From Octopus vulgaris (Eukaryota): a stretch of 64,000 nucleotides of DNA. The notes under the pieces were generated by a model, which was given only the letters and a program-made list of their open reading frames with translations, did not search any database and was not told where the DNA came from. How positions within the stretch are numbered: the first letter of the stretch is position 1; each line of letters begins with the position of its first letter. Positions 51,209 through 62,347 of the stretch are shown in pieces. A program made the translations under genes and the position numbers. The stretch is taken from the NCBI GenBank assembly GCA_951406725.2, contig OX597815.1, forward strand, positions 23,374,001 to 23,438,000, read 5' to 3'.

Positions 51209-51629
51209 TATATACATACACATATACACACATGCATACACATACACATGCACACACACACACACATACGTCAGGAAAATATACTTATCTTTTGTGTTTT
51301 ATTCTTATTTCCTTTATAAACACAATGGGTGTCAGTTTAGCTTCAAAGTTCAAACCTTGCTGTCACAATTGTATTATTATCCTATTCCAGGCACATTATT
51401 TCATTTACTTCAGTTGACTCAACAAAACAACAGAGGTTCCACTCCTTGTGGAAAACAGTCATTTGAAAATTTCTAGATTTGCAGCGGAAAAAAAATAAAT
51501 AAACAAAACCTATCCCCAGTCGTTTTAGTGTGAAAAAGGAATGTAAAACATTGGAAGTGGACGTTAAAATAAATAAAATTCCAAATGGTCACTAGGGGAA
51601 TTGGGGAATAATCTATAGAAAATGGTAAA

Positions 51630-52047
51630 ATGTTTCAAGAAAGGCTGAGGACGCTTGACCTTTATTCTCTTGAAAAACGCCGCCGCCGTGGTGATCTCAT
51701 TCTCGCCCACAACATCATAAGCGGAAAGTGTAACCTCTCGAAAGAGCTGTTCTTCACTCCCGCTCCAGAGCGTCGGCTGCGGGGTCATTCCGAAAAGCTC
51801 TACCTGCGACGATTTCATCTCAATCGAAGGAGAGGAGCTTTCTCTGTCCGGGTTGCGGATCCGTGGAACAAGCTGCCAGACGAGATGGTGAAGATGCCGA
51901 CGACCGCTTTGTTCAAAGCCTCCCTGGACCTCAAGTGGCCTGAACTCTTTACATGAACACCACCCTGTACTTAACTCCATGTCCCCCTACATGGCCTTGC
52001 TATTTGCTTTTGAGCCAAATTAACTAACTAACTAACTAACTAACTAA
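51630..52047 (+). mobile_element. CR1-like LINE 3' end (second family) with (TAAC)n tail
   Basis: ORF 51630..51956 ERLRTLDLYSLEKRRRRGDLI...LRGHSEKL...FSVRVADPWNKLP; GC-rich and undisrupted. Confidence 0.88.
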
Positions 52048-52781
52048 GTTAAATTTCCTAATAAATTAAAACTGCAAAATTTTATTAAAGAAGTAAAAAG
52101 ATAGCATTTTACCATCATTATTTTTTAACTTGTTCATAGGAGGAAGGATGGTGTCATGACCCTTTTCAAGACTTCTGAGACCGGTGTGAGGAAATGAGTT
52201 AGTTATCTGCATTTCCTCTCACTAAATGTTTGCAAGAGAGTGGCTTCTACATGGTCGTTTAACCTGCTAGAAATAGCAGCCAGATCTCTTTTAAATCATA
52301 TCCTGTTCTCATAAATAAGGAAGGACACATTGAACAATATAGTCCTTTATATTCATAAAATGATGGGTTGTCACAACTGGAAATCCTTTCATCATAGGTT
52401 TTTATCTGCCAGGACTGACCTGGAGATAAGCAACAATAGATAGCATTCTAGACTACATAAAGAATAAATAATTCACCTAATTTAGAAACTCTTACTAATT
52501 AATGCTCAGCCAATGAAGAAATATATAGACTCCTTTTGACTCACAAAAAAAAATAGCAGCCACATTTTCCTCAAATCATACTCAGCCATCTTATAAAAAG
52601 GAAGGGCATACTGATCAATATAGTCATAGATACACTCTTTAAGAATAAGGAAGTTCTTCTTACTGACATATACTGACTTATACTTTGTTCTGTTGTTACT
52701 ACAATGATAATAGATTCTGTGGAGGCATATGACCTAGTGCTTAGGGTGTTGCACTCACAATTGCAATATTGTGGTTTTAGT

Positions 52782-53163
52782 AGAGGCGCAATGGCCCAGT
52801 GGTTAGGGCAGCGGACTCGCGGTCGTAGGATCGCGGTTTCGATTCCCAGACCGGGCGTCGTGAGCGTTTATTGAGCGAAAATACCTAAAGCTTCACGAGG
52901 CTCCAACAGGGATGGTGGTGATCCCTGCTGTACTCTTTCACCACAACTTTCTCTCACTCTTACTTCCTGTTTCTGTTGTACCTGTATTTCAAAGGGCCGG
53001 CCTTGTCACTCTCTGTGTCACGCTGAATATCCCCGAGAACTACGTTAAGGGTACACGTGTCTGTGGAGTGCTCAGCCACTTACACGTTAATTTCACGAGC
53101 AGGCTGTTCCGTTGATCGGATCAACCGGAACCCTCGTCTTCGTAACCGACGGAGTGCTTCCAT
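52782..53163 (+). mobile_element. SINE family C copy nested in an older related SINE (52720-52780 / 53170-53420)
   Basis: Matches 12651-13035; TATTGTGGTTT occurs on both sides. Confidence 0.8.
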
Positions 53164-54604
53164 CCATCTATTGTGGTTTCAATTTCCAGACCAGGCAGTG
53201 TGTTGTGCTCTTGAGCAAAACACTTCATTTCACATCACTTTGACATCTGACATGTTGCACACTGTGCACCTGTGCTGGCAATGTCGATTTGATGGAAGGA
53301 ATGAGATAAGACGTAGTACAAACAGTTGATCACCATAAACAATTCATCTGAGCAGGTTGTTCAGCAAGAAATTACATATCATTCATCTCACATTTACAAC
53401 AGGAGAATCCATAAACAGATTGTTTTCAGAACTTGCTGGCTGCATTTAAACTCCCCACGCACCTAATTAGATGATTACTATGTATACATTACTCATCTAA
53501 TTAATACCCACCACTTCTGTTCTCTCTGTTGCGCTCTCTCAAAATCAAACATTACATATCAAAATGAAAAATCAAAATCGAAATCGAAATCTCTCAACAT
53601 CAATGGAAATTGTAGCTGAGATACCAGTGCTGGTGGCACGTAAGAGAACCGTCCGAACGTGGCCGTTGCCAGCGCCGCCCCGACTGGCCTCCGTGCCGGT
53701 GGCACGTAAAAAGCACCATCCAATTGTGGCCGTTTGCCAGCCTTGTCTGGCACCTGTGCAGGTGGCACATAAAAAGCACCCACTACACTCATGGAGTGGT
53801 TGGCGTTAGGAAGGGCATCCAGCTGTAGAAACACTGCCAGATCAGACTGGGCCTGGCACAGCCTCCTGGCTTCCCAGACCCCAGTTGAACCGTCCAACCC
53901 ATGCTAGCATGGAAAGCGGACGCTAAACGATGATGATGATGATGATGATGACATACAGTCTTCAATGTTTCCCTTTAATACAGCAATGTCCAACGCATGA
54001 AGCTCCATGTTCACAAATTCAATTTCACCCACCCCTCACTTTTATGGCCCATTAGAGTCCTCAACTGATATATATGATAATCATCCATATGACAGTGGAG
54101 GTACAGGGCTTAGTGGTCGGGATGTTGGACTCATAATTGTAAGACTGTGATTTTGATACCTGTACCAGGCAACATGTGTTCTTGGGCAAAACACTTCATT
54201 TCACATTACTCCAGTTCACTCAGCTGGCAAAAATGGATTATCCTACGACAGACCAGTGTCCCATCTAGATGGGGAATATATATGTCATAGCAGCTGAGAA
54301 ACTGGCCCTGTATGACTTGGGAATGCACCATCCATAGTCAACAGCTATGATTAAAAAATACTGTTTTATTTCTTCAGGCATTAAATCTTCCCCTTTATTT
54401 ACCAAACTTAAAACTATAAGCACTTTCCAATTCATTCTTGAATGGTTGTTGTTAGGAAAAATATCTTATAGTAAAATCTTTATGTGAACAATTTATGCAT
54501 TTCAGACCAGAGAACCGTTTAGTTAACAAAGAATAACAAAACATTTCATTTTGTATGTATTAAGTCAGCTGTAACTGACACATAATACCTTTCTCTGCTC
54601 TTAG

Positions 54605-54747
54605 GATGAAGAATCTCGCATAGTAAAGCACCTGCACTTCCAGAAATGGCCTGACTTTAGTGCCACAGTCGACCCTACAGTATTGATTAACTTCATCAAA
54701 ATCATCCGCTCACATTTTACCCAATCACCAATTCTGGTCCACTGCAG
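54605..54747 (+). CDS. RPTP exon: WPD loop to PILVHC
   Basis: DEESRIVKHLHFQKWPDF...SPILVHC(S); AG/GTAAGT donor, phase 2. Confidence 0.96.
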
Positions 54748-55081
54748 GTAAGTGAAGAAAGTATCACTCTTTAAGTTTAAATTAATGTAATTTCCAGTCT
54801 TCTGTGAAAATAAATTCCAACCATAACTTGGAAAGAGGTGAGATTTGGTCACAGACAGGGCATTCGACCACAGAAAATCTGCCACACCAAATTCTGTCAT
54901 CTGACCCATGCAAATATGGAAGGACATTAAAACAATGATGATAACAGTGGTGGTGGCGGCAGTGGTGGTGTTGGCAGCATCGATATATGTGTATGGTGAT
55001 GTGTACAGAGTAGCATTTTTGTAAACAAGTTTCATACTTCTACTATAACAAGACCATACAATAACAGTCTGGTCTTAGACA

Positions 55082-55467
55082 TCTTTATATATAAAAGTCA
55101 AGTTGTGTGTCTGTCTCCTACGATTTAGATTCCTAACTACTCCCACATTTTGCGGTGCAGTTTAACCAAAACCAGGTATCTTATAGTCGTGATTCATATC
55201 GAGCCCTTCTGGGTATTAGCGCGCGTCTACGATGAGTCTACGATTCAAAAAAAATTTACCATCATTTTTTTCCATTTTAATGCATTTTTTTGCTATTATA
55301 TAAGGGAAGTAACTCTCTAAAAATGTCTACGATGAGTCAACGAATTTTTTTAAAATTTACCATAATTTTTTTTACATTTTTAATGCATTTTTTTGCTATT
55401 TTTTCGCTATAACTCTCTAAAAATGCTTTCCCTTACAAACCCGAGCAACGCCGGGCGATACTGCTAG
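55082..55467 (+). mobile_element. Short non-autonomous Helitron-like element
   Basis: A|TCTTTATATATAAA...CCCGAGCAACGCCGGG-CGATACTGCTAG|T; internal ~100-bp tandem duplication. Confidence 0.7.
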
Positions 55468-55511
55468 TCTATATTATTTCTTCTTTATTTTACCAAATTT
55501 ATAACTTTCAG

Positions 55512-55656
55512 TGCTGGCGTCGGTCGTACTGGAACTTTGATCGCTGTTGACTACATGATGCAATATGTGAGAGACCATACCTTAGATGACAGTGTTGATC
55601 TGTTCTCATTTGTTTATAAGATGAGGGAAAACAGACCACAAATGGTACAAAACCAA
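55512..55656 (+). CDS. RPTP exon: (S)AGVGRTG...MRENRPQMVQNQ
   Basis: Completes the HCSAGVGRTG signature and starts the Q loop; TTTCAG acceptor, GTAAGT donor. Confidence 0.96.
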
Positions 55657-55819
55657 GTAAGTTTAATTTTTCTTTCTTTCCAGATTTGATTGCGAAATAA
55701 GCATCAAGGCTTATAGAAGTGGTCCTTGAACCCTTTAATACTCTACTGCATTATGTTCAAACTGGTCAGATGTAGCCCCTCATATCAATCCTAAAATAGT
55801 ATTCAAAAAATTAACAGTT

Positions 55820-56218
55820 AGGCGCAGGAGTGGCTGTGTGGTAAGTAGCTTGCTAACCAACCACATGGTTCCGGGTTCAGTCCCACTGCGTGGCATCTTG
55901 GGCAAGTGTCTCCTGCTATAGCCCCGGGCCGACCAATGCCTTGTGAGTGGATTTGGTAGACGGAAACTGAAAGAAGCCCGTCGTATATATATATATATAT
56001 ATGTGTGTGTATGTGTGTGTGTTTGTCCCCCTAGCATTGCTTGACAACCGATACTGGTGTGTTAACGTCCCCGTCACTTAGCGGTTCGGCAAAAGAGACC
56101 GATAGAATAAGTACTGGGCTTACAAAGAATAAGTCCCGGGGTCGATTTGCTTGACTAAAGGCGGTGCTCCAGCATGACCGCAGTCAAATGACTGAAACAA
56201 GTAAAAGAGTAAAAGAGT
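55820..56218 (+). mobile_element. SINE family A copy inserted into a TTAA-MITE-family element
   Basis: Full head, boxes and (AAAAGAGT)2 tail; MITE halves at ~55730-55819 and ~56219-56325. Confidence 0.85.
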
Positions 56219-56689
56219 TACCTCATCAAAATCTCAAAACTACAAGATAATGCATGATTAATTCTAAACAATGTGACTAAATAAGAATTGCTTTTGGCAG
56301 AATAATGTGAACACTAAAGTGTTAAAGTTGAACCCTTTAGCATTCAATCTGGCCATATCCGGCCCCAAATATTCTACCTGTTTTATGTTAAAACTGAACA
56401 GATCCAACCTCTTGTACCTACCCTACAATGTCATTCTAAAAATATACAAACACATGAAAATGATATGAATAAATAAACATTAAATTTGACAGTGTAATCT
56501 GAATGCTAAAGGGTCAGCTGCTTGTATCTAGTCCCTACACTGAACCAGTCCTTCAAGTTAGAATATGGATTGCCAATACTGAATTTATTGAATAAACCAA
56601 CTAAAAGTGGACGAGTTTAACTCATTGGAGCCCTGTGTTCTAAATTGATGAGTGTTTGATTAGTTATTGTCTATCAGTGAGATGCTCAT

Positions 56690-56867
56690 CTTTTACTTGT
56701 GTCAGTCACACATGCACACACACACACATGCACACACACACATACACATGCACACACACACATAACTTTTACTTGTGTCAGTCACGCACACATGCACGCA
56801 CACATGCACACACACATGCACACACACACACATGCACACACACACACACATGCACACACACACATGC

Positions 56868-56898
<31 letters not shown>

Positions 56899-57010
56899 TC
56901 TTTTACTTGTGTCAGTCACACATGCACACACACACACACACACATGCACACACGTGCACATGCACACACACACACATACACACACACATGCACACACACA
57001 CACACACACT
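56690..57010. repeat. (CA)n/ACATGC compound microsatellite with three CTTTTACTTGTGTCAGTCAC anchors
   Basis: Direct reading. Confidence 0.9.
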
Positions 57011-57358
57011 ATCATCATCATCGCTTAATGTCTGCCTTCCATGCTGGCATGGGTGGGACGGTTTAACAGGAGCCAGCCAGACAGAAGCCTGCATCAGACT
57101 TCGGTAACAATTTTGGCAGGATTTTTACAGCTGGATGATCCTCCTATGACCAACCACTCAGCAAAGTAGACTTAGTGCTTTTTACATGGCACAAGCACAG
57201 GTGAGGTCAGTTTTGGCAAGGTTTTTACAGCTGGATGCCCTTCCAAACACCAACCGCTTTACAGTGTGGACTGGGTGCTTTTTAAGTGGCACTCAGATTA
57301 GGAAATGATTATATATTTATTTTGGTGTAAAGAAATTTTTCTTTTGTTTTAATTTCAG

Positions 57359-57811
57359 GACCAGTACCTTCTAATTAATACTTGTATTAGAAAAGCAATA
57401 ATGGATAAATTTAATCTGAAAGACACCCAAATCAACAAAGAGGAAGAAAATAAGAAAAATGAAGTTAGAGTGGATGTAGAAGAGGGAGGGGACACAGAAA
57501 ACTGCACAGAAACAGATGAAGATGATGCAGATGATGTTGAAGATAGTGCCAAAATTCTTACAAATAAAGTTGAAGAAAAAGAAGATGATACCAAAGAACC
57601 TATAGTAAAAGTTGAAGCAAATGTTGCAGCTGAAAACACCAATAAAGTTGAAAATGCAAAAACGGATGTGACTCAGGATGCAAAAGATGATGGAGAAAAT
57701 GTGGATGAAGCTACAGGTGATACAGGTGAAGATAAGGATGCAAATAGTAACATGTATACAAATGACTACCAGGAAGATGCTGACGAAACAGTACCCTTAA
57801 CACAAGTGTAA
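57359..57811 (+). CDS. RPTP terminal exon: DQYLLI..., acidic tail, ends ETVPLTQV-stop
   Basis: TTTCAG acceptor; QY of the Q loop; continues in frame into ORF 57401..57811. Confidence 0.92.
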   Translation, partial: DQYLLINTCIRKAIMDKFNLKDTQINKEEENKKNEVRVDVEEGGDTENCTETDEDDADDVEDSAKILTNKVEEKEDDTKEPIVKVEANVAAENTNKVENAKTDVTQDAKDDGENVDEATGDTGEDKDANSNMYTNDYQEDADETVPLTQV

Positions 57812-59159
57812 GATGAATTTTATTTGGAATTTGCCTTTTAGAAATATGCAAAAATTCTCTCTCTCATTCACACACACACACACCATCATCATCATCATCA
57901 TTATTATTATTATTGTCATTATCATTTACCAATTGATCTGCATTTTATTTCATCTTCTGACCGGGTCTTGACCAGAGACCTAAGGCATATATAAATTAGA
58001 TGTAGAGAAACTTCTGTCAACACAATTTTAAGGGTCTCATAGATTGTTGGTTTCCCAGGAATCTAGTCAAAAAATTTGTCACTACCTTTCTTGATCATTC
58101 CCAGTCCATTTTCTGTACCTTCCTAGTGTTTATCATACCTGCACATCTGCCACACACAAAGACCACTTTCTCTGTTAACCCTCTTCTGATACTGCTGCAC
58201 TTCTTATGTGCACTGGGTACACCTTATGGAGTTTCTACCAACACCTTTTCTACACATCAAGCAGGGCTGTCTCCTTGAAAGAGTTTGTAATTTGCCTATT
58301 TTCCTAATTACAAGGATGTTGATCTTTGCTAAATTAACTCTAAGGCCTTTGATTCCAGACCTTGCTTCCACACCTGAATTGTGTGTGTGTGTGCACACAT
58401 ACACACACATGCATATATATATATGCAGAGATAAATAGAGAGAGAGGCAAGCAGATGAATACACATCATCATTATTTTACACCTGTTTTCCATGTTAGTA
58501 TGGGTATGACAGTTCAACAGGATTTTATGGTTTAGAGAACCACATCTTACTACAATGGCTCATTTTTGGAATGATTTCTACAATTGGATGCCATTTCTCA
58601 CACCAACTGGTACAAACTTTACAGGGAGTACTGGGTGCTTTACACGACACCAGCACTGTTGGAATTGCCTTGCAACTTGCAAAGCAAAAGGGATCTTCCA
58701 AAATGGAAGGAGCAAATTTAATATGAAAGGAAAGATTAACAGCAGGGACATTGCTGAGTTTGGAGTAAGGGAAACAGAATAGGGAGGAGGGGTTAGTGTG
58801 AAAGAAAGATGGGATGATGTAGTAATGATAATGGGGTGGGAGTTTGAGTAGTTGGCCCTAGTGAATGGATGGGTCAGTCTCTTATGGTCCACAGCAGTTC
58901 TTGTTGGAGTTAGACATTCATTTACACATTGTTATTCACACATAATACTGACATGGCACATTCAGTGAAGCATACTCACCGTGCTTCTTTCAAGCCTTCA
59001 TTTGTCTTCTGCATTCAGGTCTTGTGCTACACTCTCACAAGGCACGAACATCATTATCATCATCATCATCACCATTTAATGTCTGTTTTCCATTCTGGTA
59101 TGGGTTGGATGGTTTGACAGGGGCTGGCTAAGCAGAAGACTTCATCAGGCTTCACTGCC

Positions 59160-59582
59160 TGTTTTGGCAGGGTTTTACATGGCATCAGCACCAGCAAGGC
59201 CTGTTTTGACAGGGTTTTTATGGCTGGATGCTCTTCCAAGCCTCATCCACCTTACAGAGTGGACTGAATGCCTTTTACATGGCATCAGTACCATAAAAGT
59301 CTATTTTGGCAGGGTTTTTATGGCTGGATGCCCTTCCAAACATCAACCACCTTACAGAATGGACTGAGTGCATTTTACATGGCATCAGCACCAGCAAGGC
59401 CTGTTTTGACAAGGTTTTTATGGCAGGATGCTCTTCCAAGCCTCATCCACCTTACAGAGTGGACTGAATGCTTTTTACATGGCATCAGTACCATAAAAGC
59501 CTGTTTTGGCAGGGTTTTTATGGCTGGATGCCCTTCCAAACACCAACCACCTTACAGAATGGACTGAGTGCATTTTACATGG
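59160..59582 (-). repeat. Tandem repeat (~200-bp unit x2, made of ~100-bp subunits) within an RTE-tail-like element
   Basis: CATGGCATCAGCACCAGCAAGGCCTG at 59178 and 59378. Confidence 0.85.
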
Positions 59583-60139
59583 CTCTTACAATCTCTCATG
59601 GTGATCTCATGTATTTTCATGTCAAATGCTCAGTTTCCTCTACAGGCCCAGCTTGGATCAACTATTGTCTCTCTATAAAGCTCAAGTATGTCCCACTTTG
59701 AATTAACAACCTCAGTACCACTCCCCTACTGCAATTTACTTTCTTTTACTCTCATCATCCCTGTAGTGTCCCATCTACCCCAAATCAAACACTTTACCCA
59801 ATCCTTCCTCCCTAGAACTACAAGCTTCTGGAACTAACACTTCCTCCGACTCATGTTTTTCCATGCTGGTTTCACCCTACAAAAATTCAAACTGAGCATC
59901 ATCTGCATTATTGTCAAGAAGGGGCTACAAAGGTCACCAATACCAGCCATTTCTTCTAACTAACTAACAAAAAAAGAAATAAAAAGGCTAAAAGTAACAT
60001 TAATAAAGAGTTTGGGAATCAGGTGATTGTTCACTATTAATCTGTCTTCATCCCTCTTTACCTCTTAACATCTGGATCTCAAATTAGATGCTTATGTGGA
60101 CTAGTTGTGAAAAAAAATTAAAATGGGGAATAAATAGAT

Positions 60140-60848
60140 AATAATAATAATAATGATGAAATTATTGTATACAGTGCTCAGGTGCACCACAACTTGTCAA
60201 AAGTGCGTATAAAGCATATGCAGTAATGTACAAATGTCTGGAGAGTGAACAGTGTATGAGTCAGATACATGCTTGCGTGTGTATGGAGGGGAGAAAATCG
60301 GGTGTAATGTTGGCGAATCTCAGGAAGCATGGAAGTTTTGAAGGATGCTGTGCTCCGACAACAAACAACTGATGCCGGCAGTTTGTTCCATGCTTCAGCA
60401 ACTCTTAGTGTGAAAAAAATGTGCTGTTTTCTGACTTTGTAAACATCTTCTGTGTTAGACAGATGGAGTTTGAAAAGGTGCTCAGAGTTATTGTTTGTAA
60501 GATGGCTAATAATTTTATGGGTGTCTGCCAAGTCAGCTGCCAGATGTTGAAGTTTCAATGTGTCCAGGCCCAGGGAAGTAAGGCGTTCAGAATATGGCAA
60601 ATGCCTGATGGAGGGTATTCTCTTGGTTGCACGTCGCTGAACGGTTTCCAGACAATTAATACCCTGGGCAAGATAGAGGTTCCAGACCGGTGATGCAAAT
60701 TCCAGGTGATGCCGCACCATAGCTATATAAAGCCTCAGATATATAGCCGGAGAGCCGCTCACAAAGGACTTGGTAAGTGATACCATGACACCCTCAGCCT
60801 TCTTGGCAATTTTAGCAATGTGTTTTGTCCAACGCAAATCGCTGTGAA
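60140..60848 (-). mobile_element. CR1-like LINE 3' fragment
   Basis: ORF 60178..60837 (LYIAMVRHHLEFASPVWN...LETVQRRATKRIP). Confidence 0.88.
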
Positions 60849-61439
60849 CTAATTGGTGAACTAATTCTGAGATTAATTGACTAATTAATAGTATGAGTTT
60901 CCAAAATAGAGGAAATGATGATACTCAGTATATTAAAAATATAGTAGACAGCAGCTTCATAATGTGCTATTTAGGACATTATTTTCCAGCCCATAAATAA
61001 ACTACCTCAGATAGCGTCGACAATTTGTAATGACTAATGTTTGTATGAGAGTACATCATGCAAAATACTATTACTGCTATATCGACAACTGTATGAAAAG
61101 ATAACAATGATTTCCATTAGAATTGTATATTTTTATAACCTTTTTTCTTTTTCTCTTTTTCATCAAATTTTAGGACCAGTGAATTATGAGACATTAGTGG
61201 TGGTTTACTGGATATTACTCCTATAATGTTTGTTAATCGTAACTTTCCTGCTGAGCTGTGAAGAATAACAGCACCCATTTCAGGTTAAAAGTATTTATGT
61301 GTGTCCATCACTGAGTTTCATCAAATCTATACAAACAAATGAACATACTCTCTGTTTCTTAAACAGTCATTAATGTTAGAATTTTTAAATATTGGAGAAG
61401 ATGCTTTATATATGTACGCGTGCGTGCGTATATACTGCT

Positions 61440-61674
61440 ACTACTATTACCACCACCACCACATCCACCACCACTACCACCACCAAAACCACTACCACCA
61501 CCACATCCACCACCACCACCTCATCCACCACCACCACAACCACCACCACATCCACCACCACTACCACCACCACCACATCCACCACCACTACCACCACCAC
61601 CACCACCACCACCACCACCACCACCACCACCACCACCACCACCACTACCACCACCACTGTATATATATGTGTTT

Positions 61675-61720
<46 letters not shown>
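61440..61720. repeat. (CAC)n trinucleotide repeat followed by (TG)n/(TA)n
   Basis: Direct reading; source of spurious poly-His/Thr/Pro ORFs. Confidence 0.95.
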
Positions 61721-61728
<8 letters not shown>

Positions 61729-62161
61729 TCACACTCACATCCACACACATATACATATATATATCATTATCATCATCATCACTTGTTCATGCCATGTATA
61801 TATATATATAACTTAGATCTTCATAGTCTTACAGACACAATCAAGCATGTCTCTGACTATTCAGATCTGTATATAGTGCACTTAAATGTTATTTTTCATC
61901 AATGAATGAAGAGAGTGCTAAATGCATTTTGAAAATACCTAGAGTATTAAAACTAAATTCCTTTCTTGCAACACATAATTCACTCTGTAGTGGTCTTGCC
62001 TGATGATTCCTGTAACATGAAACTAAAGTCATGGGAACAGAATTCAATTTAATTAATATGTGTGTGCATATTTGTGTATATATATATATGTGACCTTGTC
62101 TGTATCACTAGCGATTTTTTTTTCCCCTGTCTTCCCTTCTCGGGATCTTTCCTTCTCCTAT

Positions 62162-62196
62162 GTTTCTGACGAAGAGCTCCGCTCGAAACATCAAAC
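62162..62196 (+). ncRNA. Minimal hammerhead-ribozyme-like motif (Penelope-type) in a repeat spanning ~62090-62295
   Basis: GTTT-CTGACGA-A-GAGC-TCC-GCTC-GAAA-CATC-AAAC; stem I GTTT/AAAC; same repeat family as 28650-28850. Confidence 0.55.
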
Positions 62197-62289
62197 CCTC
62201 CTTCTTCCCTTCTTTCCTGAGCGTCCAATAATACTTTATTTGTTCCATGTCCTTGCGTTGTTTTTTTGTTTTTGTTTTCTTGTTTGGAT

Positions 62290-62347
<58 letters not shown>

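Larger units (their letters stand above)
1164..57811 (+). other. Multi-exon gene (5'-partial): receptor-type protein tyrosine phosphatase with a single PTP domain (R3/PTP10D-like catalytic region) and a Ser/Thr-rich plus 4x Cys-rich (EB-like) ectodomain
   Basis: Manual splicing of 15 exons: 1164-1635, 9660-9782, 17814-17936, 25982-26104, 33495-33623, 36415-36508, 40677-40736, 42469-42529, 43704-43836, 45406-45482, 48336-48470, 50226-50351, 54605-54747, 55512-55656, 57359-57811. All introns are GT-AG with compatible phases; 2397 nt with no internal stop. Confidence 0.88.

Noticed and set aside
56656-57107. His/Thr/Cys-rich ORFs
   Set aside because: Translations of a (CA)n compound microsatellite.
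57812-61000. Polyadenylation site of the RPTP gene
   Set aside because: Several AATAAA hexamers occur in AT-rich sequence and none can be singled out without transcript data.
61373-61905. Poly-His, poly-Thr and poly-Pro ORFs
   Set aside because: Frames of a (CAC)n microsatellite with no splice or domain support.
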